Part shown: positions 12,791 to 26,203 of the stretch, in pieces
Numbering within the stretch: position 1 is the stretch's first letter
Layout: every line of letters starts with the position of its first letter
Assembly: GCF_009914755.1 (NCBI RefSeq)
Contig: NC_060930.1
Strand: one strand, 5' to 3'
DNA length: 64,000 nt
Origin: the human T2T-CHM13v2.0 reference genome, Homo sapiens
Notes under the pieces: generated by a model
Databases searched by the model: none
What the model was told of the DNA's origin: nothing
The model's input: only the letters and a program-made list of their open reading frames with translations
Program-made: the position numbers and the translations under genes

Positions 12791-15510
12791 CAGGCATACC
12801 TCGGAGATATATTGATTTTTTGGTTCCAGACAACCACAATAAAGCAAGTGATACAAATTTTTTGGCTTCCCAGTGCATATAAAAGTTATGATTACACTAG
12901 ACTGTAGTCTATTAAGTATGCAATAGCATTATCTAAAAAATGTGCATGCCTTAATTAAAAAATGCTTTATTGCTAAAAAAAACACTAATGGTTATCTGAG
13001 ACTTCAGCAAGTCATAACCTTTTTTGCTGGTGGAGGGCCTTGCCTTCGTGTGGATGGCTACTGATAGATCAAGGTGATGGCTGCTGAAGGCTGGAGTGAC
13101 TGGCATTTTCTTAAATGAAGATACCAATGAAGTATGCCACAATGATGGACTTTTCCTTTCATGAAGGATTTCTCTGTAGCATGCAATGCTGTTTGTGATG
13201 GTTAATACTAAGTGTCAACTTGATTAAATTGAGGGATACAAAGTATTAATCCTGGGTGTGTCTCTGTGGGTGTTGCCAAAAGACATTAACATTTGAGTCA
13301 GTGGGCTGGGGAAGACAAATCCACCCTTCATCTGGTGGGCACAATCTAATCAGCTTCTAGTGAATATAAAGCAGGCAGAACAACATGAAAAGGAGAGACA
13401 GGCCTAGCTTCCCAGCTTACATCTTTCTCCCATGCTGGATGCTTCCTGCCCTCAAACATCGGACTCCAGGTTCTTCAGTTTTGGGACTTGGACTGGCTCT
13501 CCTTGCTCCTGAGCTTGCAGACAGCCTATTGTGGGACCTTGTGATCATAAGTTAATGTTTAATAAACTCCTGTCCTTCTAAGAGAACTCTGACCAATACA
13601 CTGTTTAATAACATTTTACTCACAGCAGAACTTCTTTCAAAATTGGAGTCAATCCCTTCAAACCCTGCCACTGTTTTATCAATTAAGTTTATGGAACAAA
13701 CTAAAACCTTTGTTGTCATTTTAACAATGTTCACTGCATCTTCACCAGGAGTAGATTCCATCTCAAGAAACCACTTTATTTGCTCACTCCTAAAAAGCAA
13801 CTCCTTATCCATTCAAGTTTTATCATGAGATTTCAGCAGTTCAATCACATATGCAGGCTCCACTTCTAATTCTCGTTCTCTTGCTATTTCCCCAACATAT
13901 GCAGTGACTTCCTCCTTTGAAATCTTGAACCCTTCAGAATCATCCATGAGCGTTACAATCACTTCTTTCAAACTCCTATTAATGCAGATATTCTGACCTC
14001 CTCCCATGAATCATGAATGTTCTTCATGGTATCTAGAATGGTGAATCCTTTCTAGAAGGTTTTCAATTTACTTTGCCCAGATCCATCAGAGGAACGTATG
14101 GCAACTACAGCCTTACAAAATGTATTATTTCTCAAATAATAAGACTTGAAAGCCAGAATTACTCCTTGATCCATGGGCTGCAGAATGGATGTTGTGTTAG
14201 CAGGCATGAAAACAACATTCACCTCCTTGTACAGCTCCATCAGAGTTCTTGGGTGACTAGATGTGCCGTCAATGAGCAGTAATATTTTGAAAGGAATCTT
14301 TTTTCTGAGAAGTAGGTCTCAACAGTGGGCCTAAAATCTTGAGTAAACCTTGGTGTAAACAGATGTGCTGTCACCCAGCTTTGTGTTCCATTTCTAGAGC
14401 ACAAAGTAGATTTACCACAATGCTTAAGGGCCCTGGGATTTTCAGAATGGTAAATGAACACTGGCTTAGCCCCTAAGAAGAAAGTCAGCCTGTCCCTTGA
14501 AGCTTTGAAGCCAGGCACTGACTTCTCTCTAGCTATGAAAGTCTGAGATGATATCTTCTCCCAATATAAGGCTGTTCTGTCTACATTGAAAATCTGTTGT
14601 TTAGTGTATCCACCTTCAACAGTGATCTTAGCTAGATCTTCTGGAGAACTTGCTGCAGCTTCTACATCAGCACTTCCTGCTGCATCTTGCACTTTTATGT
14701 TATGCAGACGGCTTCTTTCCTGAAACCGTATGGCCCATCCTCTGTTAGCTTCACACTTTTCTTCTGCAGCTTCGTCACCTCTCTTAGTCTTCACAGAACT
14801 GAAGAGAGTTACTGCTTTGCTATGGATTTGGCTTTGGCAAATGTTGTAGCTGGTTTGATCTTCTATCCAGACCACTCAAACTTTCCCCATATCAGATATA
14901 AGGCAGTTTTGCTTTCTTATCATTCATGTCTTCACTGAAGTAGCACTTTCAATTTTTTCAAGTTATTTTCCTTTGCATTCACAACTTGGGTAACTTGTAC
15001 TGAGACAGACCAAAAGCTAGCCAGGCCTCTTGCACATTCCTTCCTCACTGAGCTTAACCCTTTCTGGCTTTGACTTAAAGTGAGATGTGAGAGTCCTCCT
15101 TGCATTTTAACATTTAGAAGCCACTGGAGGGTTGTTAATCGCCCTAATTGAGACCCAAGGAGAGGGAGTGAGACAGGAAATGGTCAGTGGAGCAATCAGA
15201 ACACATACAATATTTATCAATTAAGTTCACAGTCTTATACGGGTGTGGTCTTATACCACAAAACAATTACAATAGTAACATTGAAGATCACTGATGAGGG
15301 ATCTCCATAACAAACACAATAATAATGAAAAGCTTTGAAGTATTTTGAGAATTATCAAAATGTGACACAGAGGCATGAATAAGCACATGTTGTTGAAAAA
15401 ATGGCACTGACAGACTTGCTTGATTCAAGGTTGCCACAAACCTTCAATTTGTAAAAAAAAAAAAAAAAAATGCAATTATTTGTGAAGCTCAGTAAAATAA
15501 AGTATGCCTG
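12791..15510 (-). mobile_element. Tigger1 (TcMar/pogo) DNA transposon, near full length, interrupted by an MLT2 LTR
   Basis: Termini CAGGCATACC and GTATGCCTG flanked by TA; broken transposase ORFs ([16 protein letters not shown] motifs) at 13552-14875. Confidence 0.92.
13194..13600 (+). mobile_element. MLT2A-type (ERVL) solo LTR nested in Tigger1
   Basis: TGTGATGGTTAATACT start, AATACA end, perfect 5-bp TSD CTGTT at 13189-13193 and 13601-13605. Confidence 0.88.
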
Positions 15511-15981
15511 TACATACAATATACATACGTATAAATATTTTATCAAATTCCTCTATGGACACGTGCACACACTCAGCAGTATTTTCTGCCATTTCCATTG
15601 ATGGAATGGTAATTGAGACTAAACCTAAACCTCCCTCTTCAATAGAAGGGCAAATAACCTGAGTCTTTTGATAACTATGGAAGGAATCCATGTAGACATT
15701 TTCGAAACAGCCATTCAAAACAGCCTAGGCATTTTCCATCACGTACTTTCTACTTCTTTGATTTAACCAAAACTGGTTTCCTCCTGAAGCCAGTTTTTCC
15801 CCCTTTGTATTTTCATGGGTACAAAGAAGCTCCTTCTTTCAAAGCTTTTCTTTAAGAGGCTTTGGGAGTGTTTCCTTTCTCATTGTCCTGAATTTGCTGG
15901 GTCAGGAGAAGAAGCTAACAAACTCCTTGCTTCCATTTGCTTCCCACACTTGGCCAAGAAGCTCCACATCAGAGTCTACAC

Positions 15982-16165
15982 CAGTGGTTTTTGAGCCTTA
16001 TTGACTGGGCCTACATATCTGTGAAGAAACTGTTAAAAATACAGTTTTCCAGGCTTTATCCCCAGAGATTCTGATACGACAGGTCTAGGGCAGAGCCCCC
16101 AAACGTGCAGATTTAATACATATCCTACATACTCTGTGGCAGGTGGATCTGGGCTCAAAACACTG
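15982..16165. mobile_element. MER5A-like hAT MITE
   Basis: cagtgg...cactg termini and internal cccagagattctgat...ggtctaggg. Confidence 0.65.
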
Positions 16166-19100
16166 GTCAGACCATCTGCTTTTGTCACTTCCTCTTTCCT
16201 TACCAATTAATATCAACTAAAACCAGAAGTTTTCCCACAATTCTTGATCATTTTAATACAAGTCTCTATACTTCTCTTTACCTAGGTCTCCTGTGATTTC
16301 CCTCAGTGACTGTAACAGTGAAACCTGTCCAGCATCCTCACCTTAGAGATACCTGAATGCCTCAACACCAAGATCTTAGTTTCCACCCTACCCTAGCCGC
16401 TGGTTCCCTCCAATGTTTGCTGTGTGTCTATTATGTGCCAGGGACTGCACTCAGCCCTAGAGATGTAAAGAAGGCGAGCTGCATAATCCCTGCCCTCATG
16501 GGACTTAAGAGTCTCCTGAGACAAACCAACAGCACAACGCTCACCCATCACCTTGGTTATACCTTGGCCCTTAGAGCCTGAATTTCTTCTGCAAAGAACT
16601 AGGACAACCCACCTTGTAGCTCCAACTTGCTCTTTCGCCACTTCTGTCATTTCCTTACCCCTGGAATATCTGCTTTTATTTTTTTAAAAAACTCTTATGA
16701 AGACGTTCAGTTCTTTATATTCTCTCAGGCTGTCAGCATCGCTTGGGCTTTCCTTGCCCAGCTTGGGACCCTTGGACAGCTCTTTAAATGTTACTAAATC
16801 CGGAACTCCTCTAATTCTGACCCTAACCCATTGGATTCCTTCTCCTCCCCCAGGCTGCTGGACACTCCGGAAATGGCAACTTGCTTCATTACAAATGAAT
16901 ACTTGATCTCAGCTGGGCTCTGAACTTAGGTCTTATGTCTTTTCCTTCCTCAAAGTCTTCCATCTTTTCCCACCTAAATCAATTCAAGAGTAGTTTCCAA
17001 TGTTTTCCTTTTTTTTTTTTTTTATTTCTGACACCACCATTTGCATCCCTCTCTGCCTCTGGCCTTGCCTATCCCTCACAGGGTCCATCTGCTTGTAGCT
17101 CCTGGTAAAGCTTCTGCTAACTTCATTCAGCCTCTGCAACCCCAGAGAAAGGAGGATCGCCCTGTCTTGATTCCATTCCTTACTGCCTCCACTACTACTG
17201 TGCTCTTTCAATTATTACAGCTTTTGTTTTTTGTATTTTTTCCCTTTCTTTGGCATACAGATAGACTCAAATTTCTCCTATCCTAGCCAACAAAACCTTA
17301 TGTATCACCCTGTCTGCCTCTTAAGCTACATCTCCATCTTCCTAATCATTAATCCCGAGTACCCCATACTCACAGCTCACCACTTTCCCACCCCATTGAT
17401 TCCTATCCCCACCCCTGCTCTTTCAAAGGTCATCAATGAACGTTTCTGTCTTTCTCATTGCCTCTCCATCCCTGCCTCTATCCTGTTGGTGTATGTCCTT
17501 CCCAACATTTTCATGATTGCATAGAGACACGCCTATTTATATGTTCAAATACACATAGGAGTTATTATTATATAGTGATAAATGGAATCGGGCTAATACT
17601 GGGCTATGATTCATTCTCTCTCCTCTTCACTTAGCAATTTATCATGGAATTCTTTTCAGAGTAAAACACCCAGATTTATCTCATTTAAAAAATGGCTGCC
17701 TAATATTTCATTCTACAGATGCACACACATTTAACCATTTTCTCATTGATATTTAGGCTATTCTTTATGTTCTGTGATTGGTAATGATGGAATAAATTCC
17801 TTTTAGATAAATCTGGTATTCTCGTGGTATGATTTATGTATGATATATTCTTAGACATGATACTGCTAAATCGAAGTATACGTGCACCCAAAAATTCAAT
17901 AAATTTGGACCAAATATTCTCCAAAGAGAACTTAACAACTTAGGTGCCCAGTGACAATGTTTGCCTAAATGTCCATGCCTCATCAGCAGTGGATGTTAAA
18001 ATGGATTTTAATTTTTACTAGTGTAATAGGCAAACACTGCCATTTCCTTACTGTATTTTTTTTATTAGCAAACATTTTCATAGTCATGTTATATTTTGTC
18101 CTTGGAGAACAAAGTATACCTGCTCTTTTATTCTGTTACTTCTCCTTTCTGATTACAGAAATTTATCTTACATTGAAGGGTAGTAACCTTTTTTCTATCA
18201 TGCTTTGTTTATATTTTGTCCCAGTACACCAACAGTTTTTTTTTTTAACTTTCTCTGTGGTGTCTTGAGGTGCAAGAAGGTGTTAATATTTATGTACCCA
18301 AATATCTGTTTTCCCTTTTAGCTTCCTCTCTTATAAAACATTCTCTACTCCAAGTTATAAAAATATTTGTCTATAATTTCATCTTGATTTTTTACATTTA
18401 TATTTTATGTTTACATATGGTCTGGGATCTAACTACTTTTCCCCAAATGGCCAACTATTATACACCATTTATTGGAGAATCTGTTCTTTTCCTCTCATTG
18501 TTCAGAAATGACATTTTTGAATGGTTCCTTTCCAGGTCTCATCCCTTTCAATCCCTATATGGCAACTGCTTCTTTGGCTTCCTGGGTGGAGTATTTCTCT
18601 GGTTCTTCTTCATTCCTCGAAATCTTTTTCAACCTTCCTAATTGATCCATTATTGCCTCCTCTTCCTTCTGTTTTGCAATTTTCTATACTTGGCTGTCTC
18701 TTTTCAAGTTCCCTCTTTGCCATCTCAGAGAGCTCCAACAATCTGCTCTATGCAAAGGACCTCCATGTCCACATCTGCAGGCCCATAGCCAGACATGTGT
18801 TTCCTGGAAGTCACCTGTGAGGGGCTGGTTAAGAAGCCCATCAAGTTGCCTAGGCTATGGGGGTTCATGATCTCATGTGGCAGATGGCCTGTTCACATCT
18901 CCAAATCAACGTGCCCAGACACACCTGTGTACATGCTCCTCCATGGGCCTCTTGCTTGGGCTAATAGCAACACTCTCTTCTCAGCCACCCTACTTTCAAC
19001 CCTCAGGATCATCTTGTGCCAAGGCCCCCTACACCCAGGCACCCATGTGGTCATTTGGTTTCACAAGCAAGTGTCTTCTCTGTCATTTATACAGACAAAC

Positions 19101-19967
19101 CAGCTCAGAGCTCTCTACTTCACTAGCATCATGACTAACCAGTCTCCCTGACTCCTCTCATCGGCTACAGTGGAGTTGTGGTAGGAATATTAGAACCTTA
19201 AACTATTATTAGTAACATATAAAATGTCATTTATACATCTATATAACAGCCATTAGTGCTTGATAAGTAGACAGTTGCCAAAGCTTAAATGCACGTGTTG
19301 TTTCTTTACTTGGTAGTTTATTGCTACCACAGTACTCAGGTTCAAGTTAAACAAAATTACTTCCTTTTCCTTTTTCCCATACTGTAACCAATGAGAGAGC
19401 TGATAATACACCTCCATTCTTTCTGAGTGTCCACTGTGCACACAGTTCTGTAGTGGGATGCCAAAGCTTTTATGGGACCCTCAATGGACAGGAAAACAAA
19501 GTGCTCACATGGGATCTAACAGATGCCCACTTGAGTAATAGGAAAAGTCTGTCTGTCTTCCAGGGCTAACAGCTCATCATGTGAGGCACACAGAGCCCTG
19601 TCTTCCTTCTTCTTGTCAACAGCAGAGTAAATGAGTTGTACAATAGATCCAGTTCAACAAGGAGCCTGGACCTGGCACCCCCTTTCACCTTAACAGACTA
19701 CAAGCACCACCAAAGAATCCACAATGAACAGATAAGATTGTCTTTGGAAGCATCGGTAAGATCTCATAAGCGGGACTATCTTAGAGTACATCGATATGAA
19801 GCCTTCATGAGGGACACAGAAGATAAAACCAAACATTACGACAGTGATTCAAACTCACAGTTAGTTCTAAGCATTAGTGAGCCAGCCCGCGGCTGACCGA
19901 AGTTACATGCTAAATTAAGAAAGCTTCTTTCCTTAATTTCATTTTCTTCTTCTTTAAACGTTAGACT

Positions 19968-20799
19968 CTGTTGGCATCTTGGGCAGCTGGAGACGGTGGC
20001 CCCAGTCCCTGTTGTGAAGAAGCAAGCAGCCAAGGTGATGAATCACCTGAGAGAGACCCAGAAATGTTGGCACTTGCAGGACATCTGGCCCCAAGAGACC
20101 TCACCTGCTTTGTCAAGTGACCCTGCTACATCCAGCTGCGGTGACAAAGGGCTGTCCTCTAAACATGGCTGAAAGTGCCTTCATGAGCAACCAGTTCGTC
20201 CAGGCCTTGGGCAGCAAAACAGCACTCAGCTGCCTAGGCTGGCTCACAGGTACTGACCAGAGACAGTGCAAGAGAAGAACTGATGGCTGCTGGCCCGGGC
20301 TGAGAAGAAAGCTGCCAGCAAAGGGGAGGTCCCCACTGGAGACCACCTGTCCTTGGTGCAGGGGTTGACACTGTTGCTACCTTGTGGGAGAACAAGGTGG
20401 CTCAACTGGTGGTGACTGCGCACGACATGGATCCTTTCCAGCAGGCTGTCTTCCCATCTGCCCTGTATCATGAAAGGGGGTTCCCTACTACATCATCAAA
20501 GGAACGGCCAGACTGGGACATCTAGTCCACAGGGAGACCTGCACCAGTGTTGCCTGCACACAGGTTAACTTGGAAGACAAATGAGCTCTGGCTAAGCTGG
20601 AGGAAGCTACCAGGACCAGTTACAATAATGGGTATGCTAAGATCACTGTCACCGGGGAGGCAATGTCTGGGGTCATAAATCTGAGGCTTGCATTGCCAAG
20701 TGGCAAAAGGCAGAGGTCAAAGAACTTGCCACTAAACTGGGTTAAATATATACTGCTGAGTTTCTGTACTTAAAATTCTCCTTCAAAAAAACCAAAAAA
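19968..20799 (+). pseudogene. Processed RPL7A (60S L7a) pseudogene with inverted 5' tip
   Basis: Intronless degenerate match to [26 protein letters not shown] (TAA at 20743-20745), followed by a 3'UTR-like segment and A-rich tail at 20785-20799; many frameshifts and stops. Confidence 0.93.
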
Positions 20800-21166
20800 C
20801 CTTAAATTCTTCATTGTGGAGACGCACAGCAGCATAACAATATTATTCCACATCCCAAACCAATAACATTAAGCACCGCAAGGCTGTAAGGAACCACACC
20901 CTTCATGAAGCCCACACTGATTCTTGATAGAGGGCTGAGAAGGGTATTTTCTGAGCAGCCACAAGACTGTGCCACCTGGTAAACAAAAGCTGGTGTCAGT
21001 TCTTTCTCAGCCCTGAGGATATAAGATAATAATAGTAAATTCTGGGACTTTAAAATGTTTCAGATATAGGGAGAGGTTGTCACTCCAGGCTGTCATCCAG
21101 CTAGCAGTCCTCTCTTATTTTACAAATGACAAAATAAGATTCAAGAAGATAAAGATACCTGCCAAG

Positions 21167-21457
21167 GGTTGGGTACAGTGGCTCATGCCTGCAATCCCAG
21201 AACTTTGGGAGGCCAAGACGGACAGATCACTTGAGGACAGGAGTTCAAGACCAGCCTGGCCATCATGGCAAAACCCCATCTCTACTAAAAATACAAAACT
21301 TAGCCAGGCATGGTGGAGGACACCTGTAGTCCCAGCTATTCAGGAGGCTGAGGCACGAGAATCTCTTGAACCCAGAAGGCAGAAGTTGCAGTAAGCCGAG
21401 ATTGCGTCATTACACTCCAGCCTGGGCAACAGAGCCAGACTCTGTCTTTAAAAAAAA
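21167..21457 (+). mobile_element. Alu (S-like)
   Basis: Dimeric Alu; TSD atacc(t/c)gccaagg. Confidence 0.93.
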
Positions 21458-21750
21458 TACCCGCCAAGGCAACACTGCCAGCTTATGGCACATTACTACC
21501 AAGGTCTCCCAAGTCCCTGTTTCAGTGTTTTTTTCCTACTATATCACAAAGTAATTAACTTCAAGTTATTACTTCCTTGTAAATATCTTTATTGGGTGCA
21601 ATTATACAAAATGTTGAAAGTGTTAGAGCCTTTGGTATAGATTTAACACATTCATTTCTTCTTCCCCAAGACAATGACCACCTATCTCTAGGGAATCCTG
21701 GGGACAAATATCATTCTGCCAGAGATGCTATCCCTTATTTGCTTCTCTGC

Positions 21751-22046
21751 TTTTTTTTTTTTTTGAGACGGAATCTCACTCTGTTGTCCAGGCTGGAGTG
21801 AAGTGGCATGATCTCAGCTCACTGCAGCCTCTGCCTCCTAGGTTCAAGCGATTCTCCTGCCTCAGCCTCCTGAGTAGCTGAGAATACAGGTGTGCACCAC
21901 CACACCCGGGTAACTTTGGTATTTTTAGTAGAGATAGGGTTTCACCATGTTGGCCAGGATGGTCTCGATCTCTTGACTTTCAGTGATCTGCCCATCTCAA
22001 CCTCCCAAAGTGCTGGGATTATAGGCGTGAGCCACCGCGCCCAGAC
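21751..22046 (-). mobile_element. Alu (S-like)
   Basis: Poly-T plus dimeric Alu. Confidence 0.93.
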
Positions 22047-24257
22047 TGTTTTTGTTATTTTCTTAAAAAGGAGACTCACTCAAACATTTCAAAAGCGATA
22101 TTCCAGATACAAGAGGGGCTGCTGTTACTATTTTAGCAAAATGAGTCAGCTTAGAAAGATGATCCTTCTCCACACAGTCATTAGTGTTACCATCTTGAAG
22201 ACAGATTATTAAAACAATAAAAATCCCACTATATCTTGCCATGGCCATTCTACCAAAAAAATTCCATTTCAATAGTATTTTTTTAAGGCTTAACAGACAC
22301 AATTCATTTCACAAATAAAAAAATGCTTGAGCAAATCATAAAGCTATCCCAACTTTTTAAGTAATCAATTAAATTTAAAGCAGCTTCTGATTTTGCACAT
22401 TTAAAACCATATTCTAAGAATAATTGTTTAACAGATAAGAACTCACAGATCCTTGAGCTGAATGCTTTATGTTAAAAAAAAAAAACTACTGAAGAAATGG
22501 TGTACATTTATATAAAGTACATAAGTCTAAAGTTTCAGAAATCCCATCTCTGTTGTCAAGCACAACTTTCCAGAGGCATCACCAATGATAAAGCAGTTTA
22601 ACTCTGGAAGCATGTTTTAGCACAAGAGGGCAATCACTAAACACACATCTAGCTGCCTTAACATGTAAATCTGATTTCAAAAAAAAAAGAATATCTTCCT
22701 TTAAAGAAAAAAGAGAAGTAAATATGACAAATCAATGGAACATTACTGTTCCTTCAAATCAATGACCTTAGTTGTGCAAAGATCAACTGTCTCTCTTGAA
22801 ATTATTATTCTCCTTGAGATGCGTACATTTAGTAATAAAATCAATTGTGTTAAGACGCACGAATGTGCAATCAGTTAGGTTCCTGAAAACAATCTTCAGT
22901 AATGCATTTGATGCAGTTCAGATACTGAGCTATCTGAGGCAAATGCCAGGACTCCCATTATCGCCAGTCATGAGATGTGCTCATCTATGAAAGATGAAGG
23001 TAGGCTGCAAAGGGCAGCCCCTTCAGACAGAAGAATGTCTGGTGATAGCAACTCCTGCCTAATTTTAGAGCCTGACAGGTTTAAAGGAGAATGTTCATAA
23101 AAGGGTGTTGAGCTCCCCCTTTTTATCAGAGTTGACAGAGGCCACTTGTGTGGTCTGTGCTACGTGTGCCAAATAAATCTGACAAGGAGCAGAACTGCTC
23201 TGAGTCCACAGGCAGCATGCAGAGGAACAAGACATTCCATTACCAAAAGAACTGGACAGTAGGCGGGCAAACTCCGTGCTTCAGTTACCCTGTAACATGA
23301 GCATATGAAGAACTTCCTAGGACTTAGAGGGAGGCATTACATGTTTCTGTGCTGTACTAAGGTGAAAAATGCTAGCCTGGCATTAGAAGGTTGTCATCTT
23401 GTCTATGTTCCAGGCATTTAACTTTTGGGGAGTAGAGAGGAGTTTAAGAGTCATCTTTGGGCAGAAAATACAGAAGGAAAGTCTATTCCAGACTGCTTTA
23501 GTTAGTTTTTCCAAGGATGGCTGGGCATTTTGGTAACACTGGGGATTTAAAAGCTCCCTTAGGATACCTCAATTACAGCAAAGTCAGTCTATTTAAAATC
23601 TGTTTTAACTTTTAGTACATTTCTTGAGCACCAACAATGTGCTAAGTGCTATACTGATCATCTCTGCAGAAATTCACCAGCTCTCTAAGGCTCAGCCATC
23701 TGTTTTTTGGAATAATACGCCTTTTCCCAGTCTCAAACTGTGAAGCCAAAAGCGAAATAGAAAGTGGAAGTTCTGAATACAAGGAAAGAAGGGCAGTGAA
23801 GGAGGCACAGCTGGATCTCGTGCTATGGCACTTTGATGAGTTTATTTGGATTTTAGCAGTAACCTGGTGTTTTGAGGTAGAAAGACACACAGGGCTAGGA
23901 TGAATAAATCTGACTTGATTGTAGAACATCAAAGCCATCTTCAGTTCCACTGGTCTGATCTCTTTGTAGTTAATGAAGACACACAATCAGACATTTTCAT
24001 TAAAAGTGAAGGAACCCTGCTACACGCGGAGGCCCAGAGAAAGCAGCGTCTGTTTTGGTACAGGCAGAAACTGCCCTGTAACATGGCTCACTGCAATGGG
24101 ATTTATGCTGCACATGGAAGGCATATGCTGTGTGTTTTGCTCCTGCATGAGAACCACATGATGAGTCCATCATCAGAGGGTTATGAGTTCTGCATTGTTT
24201 GCCTTCAATAAATATTTGTTGAATGAATACAGAATTGCATATTAAATACACACTTTT

Positions 24258-24710
24258 CTTTTGTTCTCTTCGGCCAGCTCTCTTTTATTGACAATGTGAC
24301 GTTCAGGCGTTCACTGTGTACTTCTGCAGCGGGTACGGCCGCTCCTTCCGCGGCTGCTGCTTGGTCTTCAGGTTCTCCTCGTGCTTGCTGGGCCAGTGGC
24401 GCAGGCGCATGTTTTCTCAGGCCGCAGGTCCAGGGGCTTGTACCTCTTGCCCTTGTAGAATTTCCTGAGGTTTTCTTTGTGTGAGTCTGGTTAATTACGG
24501 TGAGAACACGGGCAATGGAATTGTGGATGACACGGATCTTAGAGAGCTTGGAGACCGCGCCGCCTGTCAGTGGCGATGCGCAGCTGGGACAGCTCCACCT
24601 TCAGGTCGTCCAGCTGTTTGAGCAGCAACTCTTTCTCCTTCCCGTGAAGGTCCCGAGACTTGATCTTAGCCATTGCTGCACAGGCCGCCCCCGCCGCCTG
24701 CTCCGAGGGC
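24258..24710 (-). pseudogene. Processed RPL35 (60S L35) pseudogene, full length
   Basis: ATG at 24673 reads [32 protein letters not shown]; original TGA at 24303-24305; AATAAA and decayed poly(A); TSD taaatac(a/t)c(a/t)ctttt at 24243-24257 and 24711-24725; frameshifts. Confidence 0.95.
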
Positions 24711-24962
24711 TAAATACTCTCTTTTTGACCCTCAAATACCTATACCAGCTTACCTCAGGTCCGGAGCTCAAAGTCATTGTAGCTACCTCTCCCACACCAT
24801 CTTATCCCTGCCTGCCTGCACAGGGGCCTTGGCTTCCAGGACTCCTGCTTCCAATCTGAGCACCTGTTACCAGATTAATCCATGTAAAACCTCCCTTTTA
24901 ATCTAAGTCACTCTACTATTCAAAACAGGCAATGCCTCTCCATTCTCTACAAAATGAAGTCC

Positions 24963-24977
24963 ATGTATGTATGTATG

Positions 24978-25006
<29 letters not shown>
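24963..25006. repeat. (ATGT)11 tetranucleotide microsatellite
   Basis: Perfect tandem array at the tail position of the adjacent Alu. Confidence 0.97.
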
Positions 25007-25007
<1 letters not shown>

Positions 25008-25009
<2 letters not shown>

Positions 25010-25205
25010 GCAATCCTCATCCTCCTGGCTCAGCCTCCTGAGTAGCCAGGACTTCAGGCATGCACCACCACATGCAGCTAATTTTTTATTTTTTGTAGAG
25101 ACATGGGTCTCATTACGTTGTCCAGGATGGTCTCAACCTGCTAGCCTCAAGCAATCCTCCTGCCTGGGCCTCCCGAAGTGCTGGTGTGAACCACCAAGCC
25201 CATCC
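25008..25205 (-). mobile_element. Partial Alu (J-like)
   Basis: Alu lacking the distal right arm; flanking aagtcca(t/c)gt duplication. Confidence 0.85.
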
Positions 25206-25896
25206 AAAGTCCACGTTTTAGACCAGCAATTAAAGCTCTCCACTTTCTGCCTTCAACTTCTCTCAGTTCTTCCCAACTTCAACCAGCCTCTCTAGTGATA
25301 TTGCTGTTTCGCATCTCCAGAGCCCCAATCCCAATGTCACATGCCTTTCTAAACCAAATCATGACTGAAAAAAAAAAAATCTATTGGCTCTTAGAAGTTC
25401 ACTTGTTTGACCTCCTCCTCCCTCCCCTATCCAATGCAGACACCCACAAAGCTACATCTCAGGCAGGTTCATCCTTTGCTTAAATATTTCTAGTAACAAG
25501 AAAGAAACTTAAAACAGCACAAATGGCCATTCATTGCATTTTGGAGCCTCTCTGTTAGAAAGTTATTCCTTACCTGAAAATGTTAAAATAACCAAAACCA
25601 AAAGAAACAAAAGTTAGCCAAGGTTCTGCAGACAGAACCTAGTGACAGAACCTTGCAAGCTAATTATCAACTAAAGTTTCCATACATTTAAAAACAAATG
25701 TTAAAATACCTGCCAGTTAGTTTCTATATTTTTCACAACAGAGTTTTCTTTAGTTCATACTTTGGTCAAAATTCACATTATTTATTTTACTTGACTTGTT
25801 TAAAACACTTATTTAGTTCTTACCATGTAACAAGCAAGCACTAGTCTAAGGGCTTTAAAAATATTCTCTCATTTTAATCCAAATATGAGGTCTATA

Positions 25897-26203
25897 CAGT
25901 TGGCTCTCTACATCCATGGGATTCACATCTGCAGAGTCAACCAATTGTGGATTGAAAAATTTTTTTTAAACCCAACAAAAAATAATAATACAACAATAAA
26001 AAATTTAAAGAACAGGAGAGTATAACAACTATTTACATAGTGTTTACTTTGTATTAGGTATTATACACAGTCTAGAGATAATCTAAAGTGTGTGGGAGGA
26101 CAACCATAGGCTGTATGCAAATGCCGTGCCATTTTATATAACAAACTTGAACATCCTCAGATTTCGGTATCCACAGGGTGTCCTGGAACCAATCCCCTGT
26201 GGA
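25897..26203. mobile_element. MER2/Tigger3-like MITE
   Basis: ta-cagttggc start; ataacaactatttacatag and tcctggaaccaatcccc motifs. Confidence 0.75.

Noticed and set aside
14240-14875. 211-aa ORF resembling a TIGD/CENP-B-like transposase
   Set aside because: It is a fragment of a frameshifted Tigger1 transposase, lacking the N-terminus and an intact DDE domain; no sign of domestication.
24500-24906. Plus-strand ORFs over the RPL35 copy
   Set aside because: Antisense shadows of a GC-rich pseudogene.
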